A stretch of 64,000 nucleotides of DNA, from contig CAXXXD010000002.1 of assembly GCA_963663385.2 (NCBI GenBank), forward strand, positions 1,344,001 through 1,408,000, read 5' to 3'. Below the pieces are notes generated by a model that saw nothing but the letters and a program-made list of their open reading frames with translations, was not told the origin of the DNA and made no database searches. Positions 40,816-49,932 of the stretch are shown one piece after another. Position 1 is the stretch's first letter, and each line of letters opens with the position of its first letter. The translations under genes and the position numbers were made by a program. Source of the stretch: Oceanispirochaeta sp. GTDB lineage: Bacteria; Spirochaetota; Spirochaetia; DSM-2461.

Positions 40816-41949
40816 ATGATTAAACCCACAGAATTTGTTAACGAACTGGATCAGTTTATCGATTTTTATACGGGAGTCCCCGACTCTCTTCTAAAGGATT
40901 TCTGCGCCTGTCTGAGTGATTATAAATCGGAGAGGCAGCATATTATCGCCGCCAACGAAGGGAACTCTATCGGATTGGCCGCGGGGCATTACCTGGGAAG
41001 CGGGAAACCGGCTCTGGTGTATATGCAGAATTCCGGTATCGGGAATACGGTGAACCCCCTTCTTTCCCTGACCGATTCGGATGTGTACCGTATCCCGGTT
41101 CTCCTTCTGATCGGCTGGAGAGGGGAACCCGGCAAGAAGGATGAGCCCCAGCATGTCAAACAGGGGAAGATCACAACCAGCCTTCTGGAATGCATGGGTA
41201 TTGATTATGCCGTTCTGGATGGGGACAGCGATTACAGGGATGTGATACGGAAAGCCCGTATCTGCCTGGATCAGGAACTGCCTTTTGCCATTGTTGTGAA
41301 GAAAGGAGCCTTCGAGGCTTATAAGCTGAAGAAATCCGCAGAGGATCTTTCAGCCTTTTCCCGGGAAGATGCTCTGGATGTGATCCTGGAACATACGGAA
41401 GAATCGGATTTTTTTGTTTCCACCACAGGTAAAATATCCCGGGAGCTTTTTGAGCTGCGGAAAAAGAGGAGACAGGGGCATACACGGGATTTCCTTATTG
41501 TAGGATCCATGGGGCATACCTCCCAGATTGCCGCCGGGGTGGCCCTGAGCCGTCCGGAAAAAAGAGTCTACTGTGTGGACGGGGACGGATCGGTTCTGAT
41601 GCATATGGGCTCTCTGGCGGTCAATGCCAGTGTGGCTCCTGAAAATATGGTCCATATCGTCCTGAATAACGGCTCCCATGATACGGTGGGAGGACAGCCG
41701 ACGGCAGCTTCTTTCCTCAATCTGGACAGGATAGCTTCCGAGTGCGGCTATAAAAGGTGCTTCTCCTGTTCTTCTCCGGATGAACTTGTCAAAGCGCTGG
41801 ATAGTGTGCAGAACATAGGGGCGCTCTCCCTGATTGAGGTCCGGGTGAAGAAAGGCTCCCGTAAAGAACTGGGGAGGCCGACGGTTACACCGGTTGAGTG
41901 TAAAAAAGCCTTCATGACCGCCCTTGCTGTAGAGCAGGAACAGGAGTGA
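40816..41949 (+). CDS. ppd: Phosphonopyruvate decarboxylase (AepY)
   Basis: GVPDSLLK, AANEG, YMQNSGIGN, DEPQH, GSMGH, DGDGSVLMHMG..NN (ThDP motif). Confidence 0.93.
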   Translation: MIKPTEFVNELDQFIDFYTGVPDSLLKDFCACLSDYKSERQHIIAANEGNSIGLAAGHYLGSGKPALVYMQNSGIGNTVNPLLSLTDSDVYRIPVLLLIGWRGEPGKKDEPQHVKQGKITTSLLECMGIDYAVLDGDSDYRDVIRKARICLDQELPFAIVVKKGAFEAYKLKKSAEDLSAFSREDALDVILEHTEESDFFVSTTGKISRELFELRKKRRQGHTRDFLIVGSMGHTSQIAAGVALSRPEKRVYCVDGDGSVLMHMGSLAVNASVAPENMVHIVLNNGSHDTVGGQPTAASFLNLDRIASECGYKRCFSCSSPDELVKALDSVQNIGALSLIEVRVKKGSRKELGRPTVTPVECKKAFMTALAVEQEQE

Positions 41950-41950
41950 T

Positions 41951-43075
41951 ATGCAGACCATTATTGAAAGCTCTCTGGCAGAGATGGATTTCACTGCCCT
42001 GGGGATTCAGGATCAGGTGCTCCTGGTTACCGGGAAGGGGTCTTATAGGGGCAGCGGAGCGGCTGCTGTTCTGGATGGGAAACTGCAGGGAAAGACCGTT
42101 TGCCGTTTTTCCGGTTTTGAAACCAATCCCCGTCTGGAAGATGTGGTCAAAGGTATCCGTCTGCTGGATACGGCCAAACCCTGTACCATTATGGCGGTAG
42201 GGGGCGGCAGCCCCATGGATATGGCCAAGCTGATCAAGGCTCTCTCCGGGCAGAAAGGGGAACTTGCCGATTATATCAAGGGAAAGGATAAGCCCTTACC
42301 CAATCCTCAAATCAATCTGATAGCCATCCCCACCACATCCGGTTCGGGGAGCGAATCCACTCACTTTGCGGTGGTCTATATCAATAAAGTAAAATTCTCC
42401 CTGGCCATTCCTGAACTTCTGCCTGAAACAGTCATCCTGGATCCGAATCTGACGGCCAGCATGTCTCCCTATCAGACAGCCTGTTCCGGATTTGACGCCC
42501 TGGCCCAGGCTGTAGAGTCCTACTGGTCGGTTAATGCCGGCGAAGAGTCCAGAGAGTACTCCCGGGAAGCCGTCACTCTTGTTGCAGAACACCTGGAGAG
42601 AGCTGTGAATGCTCCCGCCCCTGAGAATAGAGCAGCCATGCAGAGGGCGGCCAACCTGGCAGGCCGGGCTATAAACCTGACCAAAACCACCGCGGCTCAC
42701 GCCTTCTGCTACTTTCTGACCTCCCGTTTCGGAACACCCCATGGTCATGCCGCAGGTCTGCTGCTGGGAAAGTTCTTCATTTTCAACAGCCGGGTTTCGA
42801 AACAGGATCTCTCTGATCCCGCCTCTTCGGTGGAATCTGTCAGAAACTCCATTGATGAACTGAGCGGGATGCTGGGAGTGGAAACCGCAGAAGAGGCCGA
42901 TCACTACCTGTCAATGCTGCTGGAGAAGTGCGGCCTGGAATCGGATATCAATAAAATCATGGACCTTGACAGATATTACGATGATTTCTACAGCAGTGTT
43001 AATGTGGAACGGCTGGGGAACAATCCCCGCAGGGTTACAGACAGGGCGGAACTGCTTAAACTGCTTGAATCCTGA
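41951..43075 (+). CDS. Phosphonoacetaldehyde reductase (iron-containing alcohol dehydrogenase)
   Basis: GGGSPMDMAK, PTTSGSGSE, DALAQAVESYWS, TTAAHA, PHGHA, ERLGNNP; follows pepM-ppd. Confidence 0.85.
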   Translation: MQTIIESSLAEMDFTALGIQDQVLLVTGKGSYRGSGAAAVLDGKLQGKTVCRFSGFETNPRLEDVVKGIRLLDTAKPCTIMAVGGGSPMDMAKLIKALSGQKGELADYIKGKDKPLPNPQINLIAIPTTSGSGSESTHFAVVYINKVKFSLAIPELLPETVILDPNLTASMSPYQTACSGFDALAQAVESYWSVNAGEESREYSREAVTLVAEHLERAVNAPAPENRAAMQRAANLAGRAINLTKTTAAHAFCYFLTSRFGTPHGHAAGLLLGKFFIFNSRVSKQDLSDPASSVESVRNSIDELSGMLGVETAEEADHYLSMLLEKCGLESDINKIMDLDRYYDDFYSSVNVERLGNNPRRVTDRAELLKLLES

Positions 43076-43110
43076 TCCGGATTCAAACGGTATTAATCAA
43101 TTTCTTTCCT

Positions 43111-44760
43111 TCAGCATCTCAGGATTGTCAGACCGGCGTTTTTCATTTCCCTCTTCTCCCTGTACATCTTCCGGTCCGCTTCAGCCAGGAGTGAATGTAT
43201 TTCCTTATCATCGGAGAGGTCATTAAGCACGCAGATCCCATGGCTGAAAGATAGCATATAGTCCCTGTCCATGGTCATGTTCAACTTCTCCGTATTCTTC
43301 AGTATGCGGCTCCAGATTTCATCAAACTCCAGTTCATATGTCTGGGGGCAGATAAGAAGGAATTCATCACCTCCCATCCGAACGGCCATATCCGATCCAC
43401 GTATGGTTTTATTCAATATCCCGGCAAAATCCGTCAGCAGTTTATCTCCCGCGTTATGCCCCAGATTGTCATTTACCGACTTCAATCCGTTTATATCGAT
43501 ATAGCAGATAATCAGAGGAAGGTCAGAACGACGGTTCCGGCTCTGAATAGCCCGGAAGTACTCTTCCCAGTATGCCCTGTTATAGAGTCCGGTCAGGTCG
43601 TCCGTCTGAACCTGCTGAAGGAGGAATCTTTCCCGCATTTTTACATCCTGTATTCCCTGAGTCAGGATAAGAACACAGTCTTCCTCTCTGTCCGCGCCGG
43701 GCTGAAGGGTTAAATGGATCCTGTACCAGAGGGTTTTCCCCTCTTTATGTATCATTTTAAGATCCATGAAGGACGGGCCTTTTCTGCCTGTTACAACCTC
43801 TTCCCACAGGATGCGAACCGACGGGATAAATTCGGGGTCAACAATATGATCCATCATCCATTCCAAATCCAGCTGATACTGCCCGTGCTCATACCCCAGT
43901 GTTTCCGGCAGGAGATTGTTAAAAGCATGATCCAGTCTTCCTGATTTAATGTTAAAGGCGTATAAACCCATCTGGCCTGCATAGAGGGCATTGGTCAGTT
44001 GAAGATTGTTTACCCTCTCCTTTTCCGTAAGCCTGTGCAGGTGTTCCGTCTGGGAGTCGATAATCCTCTGCAGGTCTTTCCGGCTCAACAGCAGATGCCT
44101 TGAGGGATGGCTGTGAGCGGGATTGGAATTCGTCAGGATACTTATATAAACGATGACCAGGCAGAAACTGAAAAGGATAATCAGGCTTTTAAACCCGGTG
44201 GTGCGTACCATCAGCCTGATATAACTGGATATGGCCAGATCTATACATACAGCGTAGGGATTTCCTGCAGGGGAGTTCAGAGGGAGAATGATCGTCCGGA
44301 AATGCCCCCACTCATCCCGGTAGTTTATGAAATCCCGTTCTCCTTTCTCCAGGGCCTGATAGAATTCATTCGGGGCGGACTCGTACTCGAAAAAGTACCA
44401 GCGCTCCCGATCCAGAGCTTCCTCAGCCGAGACGGTCGGGGCTGTCATATAGAGTTTTCCCTCTTTTTCTATCAGAGTATAAACCCAGGCCAATCCGTTG
44501 TACCTGGCATAATCATTAAAAAGTTTCCGGTTCCACAGTTCTTCTTCAAAGCTGATACTGTCGGCATCTACCGCCCGGTCATGAAAATCCTTTTCCAGAA
44601 GGAGGGGAACGCTCCGGGCCAGACTCAGCAGCCACTCATCTATTCTCTTCAAATCCCTATGAAGATCAATAAGGGCAATCAGTAATACCGGGATAAGAAA
44701 AGCCGGTCCGATATAACGGAATGAGTGTTTTAGTGTTGAAATGAAATGGATTTTCCTCAA
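43111..44760 (-). CDS. Membrane-anchored sensor diguanylate cyclase (PAS-like plus GGDEF)
   Basis: Reverse complement of 44701-44760 reads TTG AGG AAA ATC CAT (MRKIH), so the gene is on the minus strand although the ORF track says +; DDLTGLYNR, DINGLKSVNDNLGHNAGD, RGSD I-site, GGDEF. Confidence 0.9.
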   Translation of the reverse strand: MRKIHFISTLKHSFRYIGPAFLIPVLLIALIDLHRDLKRIDEWLLSLARSVPLLLEKDFHDRAVDADSISFEEELWNRKLFNDYARYNGLAWVYTLIEKEGKLYMTAPTVSAEEALDRERWYFFEYESAPNEFYQALEKGERDFINYRDEWGHFRTIILPLNSPAGNPYAVCIDLAISSYIRLMVRTTGFKSLIILFSFCLVIVYISILTNSNPAHSHPSRHLLLSRKDLQRIIDSQTEHLHRLTEKERVNNLQLTNALYAGQMGLYAFNIKSGRLDHAFNNLLPETLGYEHGQYQLDLEWMMDHIVDPEFIPSVRILWEEVVTGRKGPSFMDLKMIHKEGKTLWYRIHLTLQPGADREEDCVLILTQGIQDVKMRERFLLQQVQTDDLTGLYNRAYWEEYFRAIQSRNRRSDLPLIICYIDINGLKSVNDNLGHNAGDKLLTDFAGILNKTIRGSDMAVRMGGDEFLLICPQTYELEFDEIWSRILKNTEKLNMTMDRDYMLSFSHGICVLNDLSDDKEIHSLLAEADRKMYREKREMKNAGLTILRC

Positions 44761-44962
44761 ATGATTCCTCTGGTATATAATATTACCCTATAAAATGAAC
44801 TAAAACAGCCTGAAATTCCATTATCTGAAAGATTTTACGAATAAAACACGGGTCTGTCGGGAACAGTCCGGGAGATTGGAATCCTACCTTGTCGAAATCT
44901 GTAAAATACCCTAAAATTACGCCATTATAATTTAGAAATTCACACCCGATAGGAGAACAGTT

Positions 44963-47900
44963 TTGTATACACCGGTAGATCCCAGAGTCAGCTTCCCCGA
45001 AATGGAAGAAGCCATAATGAAATTCTGGGAAGAACAGAATATTTTTGAAAAGTCCATCACCCAGCGAGACGGGGCGGAAGACTTCGTTTTTTACGACGGT
45101 CCCCCCTTTGCCACCGGGCTGCCTCATTTCGGCCACTTTGTACCGGGGACTTTAAAAGATATTATTCCCCGCTATCAGTCCATGAAAGGGAAGCGTGTTG
45201 AGCGACGCTTTGGATGGGACTGCCACGGGCTGCCTGTCGAGTATGAAATGGAAAAGGAGCTTGGAATCTCCGGTAAAACCGAAATAGAAAAGTTCGGAGT
45301 CGCCAGGTTCAATGAGTCCTGTCGTTCCATCGTTCTCCGGTTTACCGGCGAATGGCGTCAGGTCATTACCCGTATGGGACGCTGGGTCGACTTTGACAAT
45401 GACTATAAAACCATGGAAACCGACTATATGGAATCCATCTGGTGGGTGGTGAAATCTCTCTGGGATAAAGGCCTTATCTATAAAGGACACTATATCCTGC
45501 CTACCTGTCCCCGCTGTTCCACCCCCCTGTCCAACCACGAGCTGAACCTTGGCGGATACAAAGATGTTAACGATCCGGCCATTACCATTAAATTCAAACA
45601 GCTGGATGAAGAAAATACATGGTTCCTGGCCTGGACCACTACGCCCTGGACTCTGATCTCCAACCTGGCCCTGACACTGGGAGATGAGATTGACTATGTT
45701 AAAGTAAAAGACGGGGATGAGAACTATATACTCGCCAAAGAGCGCCTGTCTGCCTACTACAAGTCGGAAGAGGACTACGAAATACTCTGGACTAAAAAGG
45801 GTAAGGAACTGACCGGTCTCTCCTATGAGCCAATCTTTCCCTATTTTAAAGAGAGGGCCGAAGAGGGCGCTTTTAAAACCTTTACGGGGGAACATGTTAC
45901 AATCGAAGACGGTACGGGTATTGTTCATACCGCCAGCGGCTTCGGTGAAGAGGACTATGCCGTACTGAAAGACACCGGCATTACCGTTGTCTGCCCTGTG
46001 GATGATGAAGGGAAATTCACTAAAGAAGTACCCACCTATGAGGGACGTTTTGTTAAAGACTGCGACAAGGATATAATCGCCCGCCTGAAGGAAGAGGGAA
46101 AGCTGGTTAAACGGGATCAGATTCTTCACTCCTATCCTCACTGCTGGCGCTGTTCCAGTCCCCTTATCTACAAAGCCGTGGGAAGCTGGTTTGTAGACAT
46201 CGGTAAAGTCAAAGAGAAGATGCTCAACGCCAACAACCAGATCAACTGGGTTCCCGAGCACCTGCAGAAGGGGCGTTTCGGCAAGTGGCTGGAAAATGCC
46301 CGGGACTGGGCTATCAGCCGTAACCGTTACTGGGGGAACCCCATTCCCATCTGGGAGTGCGACGAATGCGGTAAGCAGGAGTGTATCGGCAGCCGGGCGG
46401 AACTGAAAGAAAAATCCGGTACGGAAGTGGAAGATCTTCACAAGCACTTTGTGGATGATATTACCTACCAGTGCACCTGCGGCAGGGGAACCATGAAGAG
46501 GATCCCCGAAGTTCTGGACTGCTGGTTCGAATCGGGATCCATGCCCTATGCTCAGGTTCACTATCCCTTTGAGAATAAAGAGTGGTTCGAAAAGAATTTT
46601 CCCGCCAGGTTCATCTGCGAAGGCCTTGATCAGACCAGGGGGTGGTTTTATACCCTTACCATTCTGGCGGCCTCCCTGTTTGACAGTCCGGCTTTTGAAA
46701 ATGTTGTGGTAAACGGTCTGGTACTGGCTTCGGACGGGAAAAAAATGTCCAAATCCCTCCGGAATTTTACGGACCCCATGGAAGTTATCAACAATTTCGG
46801 CGCCGATGCGCTCCGTCTCTTTCTTATGAATTCGGCGGTTGTCCGGGCGGAAGGTCTTAAATACTCCGATGATGGTGTAAAAGAAGTTCTAAAGAGTATT
46901 ATCATTCCCCTGTGGAATTCCTACAGCTTTTTTGTCACCTATGCCAATATCGATGAAGCCAAACCCGGCGAAGCGCCTGTGAATCCCGAAAATCCCCTGG
47001 ACCGCTGGATTCTTTCCGAAAGCAGCCATCTGGTGGAAGCCGTTACGGAACAGCTGGATGCCTATGATATCCAGAAAGCCATCGAACCGATTATCAATTT
47101 TATTGATCTGTTGAACAACTGGTATATCAGAAGGTCCAGACGGCGGTTCTGGAAGAGTGAAAACGACGGCGACAAAATGCAGGCTTACGGAACTCTCTGG
47201 AGTGCCCTGATGACTCTTGTTAAGGTGGCTTCTCCCTTTATCCCCTTTGTTACCGAAGAGATCTACCGTAACCTGAAAACTGACGATATGCCCGAGTCTA
47301 TCCACCTCTGCGACTATCCCGTTGCGGACGGGGATGTCCGGGACAGGATTCTGGAAAGAAAGATGGATCTGACCCAGCAGGCTGTCAGTATGGGACGGGC
47401 CCTGCGGAGCATGCACAATCTGAAAACCCGTCAGCCCCTGAAAGCCCTTCATCTGGTAACCCGGGATGTGGAAGAGAAAAAGATCCTGAAGGAAATGGCT
47501 GAAATAATAGAGGAAGAGCTGAATGTAAAGGATGTTATCTTCCGTGATAATGAAGAAGACCTGGTGGAGTACTCTGTTAAAGCCAACTTCCGTGTTCTGG
47601 GTAAACAGCTCGGCAAGGATATGAAAGCGGCGGCGGCCAAAATTGCCGAACTCTCATCGGGAGAGATTATTTCCCTTATGGACGGCAACACCCTTACGGT
47701 GGATTTTGAGGGCGCCCAGCATAAATCTGTTGAGATCACCCGGGAGAGCGTCGTGATTAACCGCTCGGAGAAGGAAAACCTTAAGGTATTGAATGAAGGT
47801 GCTCTGACAGTAGCGCTGGATCCTGAAATCACGGATGAGCTCTACAAGGAGGGGGTTGTCCGCGATGTGGTCCGGAGTATTCAGAACCTGCGGAAAGAGA

Positions 47901-48097
47901 GCGGTCTGGAAGTAACCGACCGGATCAGAATCTATCTCACCGGTTCGGAGAAGGTGAAAGAGGCTGTCGAAGCTTTTGAAGACCATCTTCTTCAGGAAAC
48001 TCTGGGGGACAAGTGGTTCTGGGAAGACAAGGCGGATGCCCTGTCTATCAGCTGCGGTGAAGATGAAAACTGTCGTCTCGCACTGGAAAAAGTTTGA
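44963..48097 (+). CDS. ileS: Isoleucine--tRNA ligase (type 2)
   Basis: DGPPFATGLPHFGH, GWDCHGLP, WTTTPWTL, WAISRNRYWG, KMSKS; AGGAGA RBS, TTG start. Confidence 0.97.
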   Translation: MYTPVDPRVSFPEMEEAIMKFWEEQNIFEKSITQRDGAEDFVFYDGPPFATGLPHFGHFVPGTLKDIIPRYQSMKGKRVERRFGWDCHGLPVEYEMEKELGISGKTEIEKFGVARFNESCRSIVLRFTGEWRQVITRMGRWVDFDNDYKTMETDYMESIWWVVKSLWDKGLIYKGHYILPTCPRCSTPLSNHELNLGGYKDVNDPAITIKFKQLDEENTWFLAWTTTPWTLISNLALTLGDEIDYVKVKDGDENYILAKERLSAYYKSEEDYEILWTKKGKELTGLSYEPIFPYFKERAEEGAFKTFTGEHVTIEDGTGIVHTASGFGEEDYAVLKDTGITVVCPVDDEGKFTKEVPTYEGRFVKDCDKDIIARLKEEGKLVKRDQILHSYPHCWRCSSPLIYKAVGSWFVDIGKVKEKMLNANNQINWVPEHLQKGRFGKWLENARDWAISRNRYWGNPIPIWECDECGKQECIGSRAELKEKSGTEVEDLHKHFVDDITYQCTCGRGTMKRIPEVLDCWFESGSMPYAQVHYPFENKEWFEKNFPARFICEGLDQTRGWFYTLTILAASLFDSPAFENVVVNGLVLASDGKKMSKSLRNFTDPMEVINNFGADALRLFLMNSAVVRAEGLKYSDDGVKEVLKSIIIPLWNSYSFFVTYANIDEAKPGEAPVNPENPLDRWILSESSHLVEAVTEQLDAYDIQKAIEPIINFIDLLNNWYIRRSRRRFWKSENDGDKMQAYGTLWSALMTLVKVASPFIPFVTEEIYRNLKTDDMPESIHLCDYPVADGDVRDRILERKMDLTQQAVSMGRALRSMHNLKTRQPLKALHLVTRDVEEKKILKEMAEIIEEELNVKDVIFRDNEEDLVEYSVKANFRVLGKQLGKDMKAAAAKIAELSSGEIISLMDGNTLTVDFEGAQHKSVEITRESVVINRSEKENLKVLNEGALTVALDPEITDELYKEGVVRDVVRSIQNLRKESGLEVTDRIRIYLTGSEKVKEAVEAFEDHLLQETLGDKWFWEDKADALSISCGEDENCRLALEKV

Positions 48098-49080
48098 ACT
48101 TGAGTAATGCGGCCCGGGGGATTTTCCTTCGGGCTTTTTTCAGCCTCTGGGCGGCTGCCCTGTTTCTGGCATCCTGTACAACCCGCCCCGTTCTGCCGGA
48201 AGATGAGGTCGATCCCACTGTATTTCTCCCTGAAGGAGAGGATTTCTATCTCTTAACCCGTCCTGCGGAGCATCGGGAGCTGATACGGGACTTTGTACGG
48301 ATTTTCGTTGAAGCTGATCCCTCCTCGCTGGACAGTGCCCTTGGTCGTACCGAGGAAGCTGTATTCAGCGGAAAGTTTTCAGATCCTGATGCAATACCCG
48401 TAGAAAACACAGATAATCCCATATTCGTGCTGGAAGATCAGTCTCTGCCGCCCCTGAGCGGTCAGGTAAGGGGCGATTTCCCGGCTTTCTTTCTCCGCTC
48501 CTCCCTGCGCGGGGAGGAGGGATGGGAAAAGGCCGGCCGCTATCGCTTTAAAGGACCGGGGGATCTGCTGGTGGATACAGCCTTTAAGGATACCCTCCTG
48601 ATCGGAACGGATACGTCCCGTCTGGAAATCTTATCAGGAAAGATCTCCGGTGAGACAAGGGCTGAGTCTTTCAGTTCCGGTCAGCTTCCGTCCGGATCAG
48701 CCGAATGGTGGGGGGGGGGGATTCCCGCCCTGATGGTGTATATCCCCGTTTTAAACTCTCTGCCCCTGCCGGACAGTCTTCCTGCTGTTCCCGAGGGTGC
48801 TTCAATGGAAGCCGTTCTTACCGAAACAGTCAGTCCGGATTTCTCACTCCGTCTCTATAATCTGGAGATGGCTCTGGAATTCCCGGATTCCCGCAGTGCG
48901 CGCCTCTGGTCTCTGGGGGTCCGTCTATTTCTGGCTGCCCGCCTTGGGCTTTCGGATGTGGAAGAGGAGCAGGCTTCCCTGCGGAATATTTCACTGAAAA
49001 CGGAAGAGAATGTTCTATATCTTAACGGATGGGTTATGAGTTCCGATACCTGGGGCAGGTTTATCGGGTCTTTCCGGTGA
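48094..49080 (+). CDS. Putative lipoprotein
   Basis: Hydrophobic N-terminus with lipobox LASC; overlaps the ileS stop; contains an in-frame G11 tract. Confidence 0.65.
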   Translation: MNLSNAARGIFLRAFFSLWAAALFLASCTTRPVLPEDEVDPTVFLPEGEDFYLLTRPAEHRELIRDFVRIFVEADPSSLDSALGRTEEAVFSGKFSDPDAIPVENTDNPIFVLEDQSLPPLSGQVRGDFPAFFLRSSLRGEEGWEKAGRYRFKGPGDLLVDTAFKDTLLIGTDTSRLEILSGKISGETRAESFSSGQLPSGSAEWWGGGIPALMVYIPVLNSLPLPDSLPAVPEGASMEAVLTETVSPDFSLRLYNLEMALEFPDSRSARLWSLGVRLFLAARLGLSDVEEEQASLRNISLKTEENVLYLNGWVMSSDTWGRFIGSFR

Positions 49081-49086
49081 CATCTC

Positions 49087-49182
49087 CCGAACCTCCCCCA
49101 TCCCCTCCTCAGGAGGGGTGCAACCTTCCAGTTACATCTCCCCTTAAGGGGAGACTGAGAGGGGTCCGGAGACCGAGAGGGG
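49087..49182. repeat. Left direct-repeat copy: doublet of two triplex-type motifs flanking the DUF559 gene
   Basis: 49087-49173 is identical (87 bp) to 49665-49751; contains CCTCCCC-CAT-CCCCTCC-TCA-GGAGGGG and TCTCCCC-TTAA-GGGGAGA-CTG-AGAGGGG. Confidence 0.93.
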
Positions 49183-49581
49183 ACTGGCCGAGGAGCTCAT
49201 ATTACTAAGTTTTCGTTCAATTCGCATTATTACAGACTTAGGATTACTGATAACATCGCTATTGGTAAATCGAATAACCTCATATCCCAGCTCATTAAGT
49301 CTTTCAGTGCGCAGCAAATCCTGTTCTCTCTGATTTCTATGGATTTCTCCATCAATTTCAATAATGAGCTGTATGCGTAGACAAACAAAATCAACTATGT
49401 ATTGATCAATAATATGTTGTCTTCTGATTCTATAGCCGCATTTCTTATTTCTTAAATATTCCCACATTATACGTTCTGCTGTAGTCGGATTTTTTCTTTG
49501 CTGCTTTTGAAGTTCTCTCAGCTGTTCGTATATGGACTTCTTTGCAGTTATATAAGGTGGCTTAACTCGTTCTTTGTACAT
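49144..49581 (-). CDS. DUF559 (Vsr-like, PD-(D/E)xK) endonuclease-domain protein
   Basis: RKNPTTAERIMWEYLR, RRQHII..YIVDF, IIEIDGEIH, DLLRTERL..GYEVIRFTN; AT-rich relative to neighbours; stop codon lies in the repeat palindrome. Confidence 0.9.
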   Translation of the reverse strand: MYKERVKPPYITAKKSIYEQLRELQKQQRKNPTTAERIMWEYLRNKKCGYRIRRQHIIDQYIVDFVCLRIQLIIEIDGEIHRNQREQDLLRTERLNELGYEVIRFTNSDVISNPKSVIMRIERKLSNMSSSASPLSVSGPLSVSP

Positions 49582-49664
49582 ATAGAATCTTACATGTAAT
49601 AATTTTTTTCTGATTCAAATATTATTGATAAAATTGCAATGTCTTGAACTGGAAATCCTTAAGG

Positions 49665-49871
49665 CCGAACCTCCCCCATCCCCTCCTCAGGAGGGGTGCA
49701 ACCTTCCAGTTACATCTCCCCTTAAGGGGAGACTGAGAGGGGTCCGGAGACTGAGAGGGGTTCGGAGACTGAGAGGGGTTCGGAGACTGAGAGGGGTCCG
49801 GAGACTGAGAGGGGTTCGGAGACTGAGAGGGGTTCGGAGACTGAGAGGGGTCCGGAGACCGAGAGGGGTCC
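49665..49871. repeat. Right direct-repeat copy plus 8 x 18-bp tandem array GGAGAC(T/C)GAGAGGGGT(T/C)C
   Basis: Units start at 49728, 49746, 49764, 49782, 49800, 49818, 49836 and 49854. Confidence 0.93.
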
Positions 49872-49932
49872 CTTGCCACCGGACAACCATTTCTATATTC
49901 TTATATGTATCTCTGAATAGAAAGGTAATAAT

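Noticed and set aside
39499..43075. Fosfomycin or other phosphonate antibiotic cluster
   Set aside because: No radical-SAM methyltransferase, epoxidase, resistance kinase or NRPS genes nearby; context favours cell-surface phosphonate
44780..44962. T-box leader upstream of ileS
   Set aside because: No T-box consensus or terminator/antiterminator is visible, and the region is short and shared with a divergent gene
45152..46561. 469-aa antisense ORF
   Set aside because: Shadow of ileS arising from codon bias; no recognisable motifs
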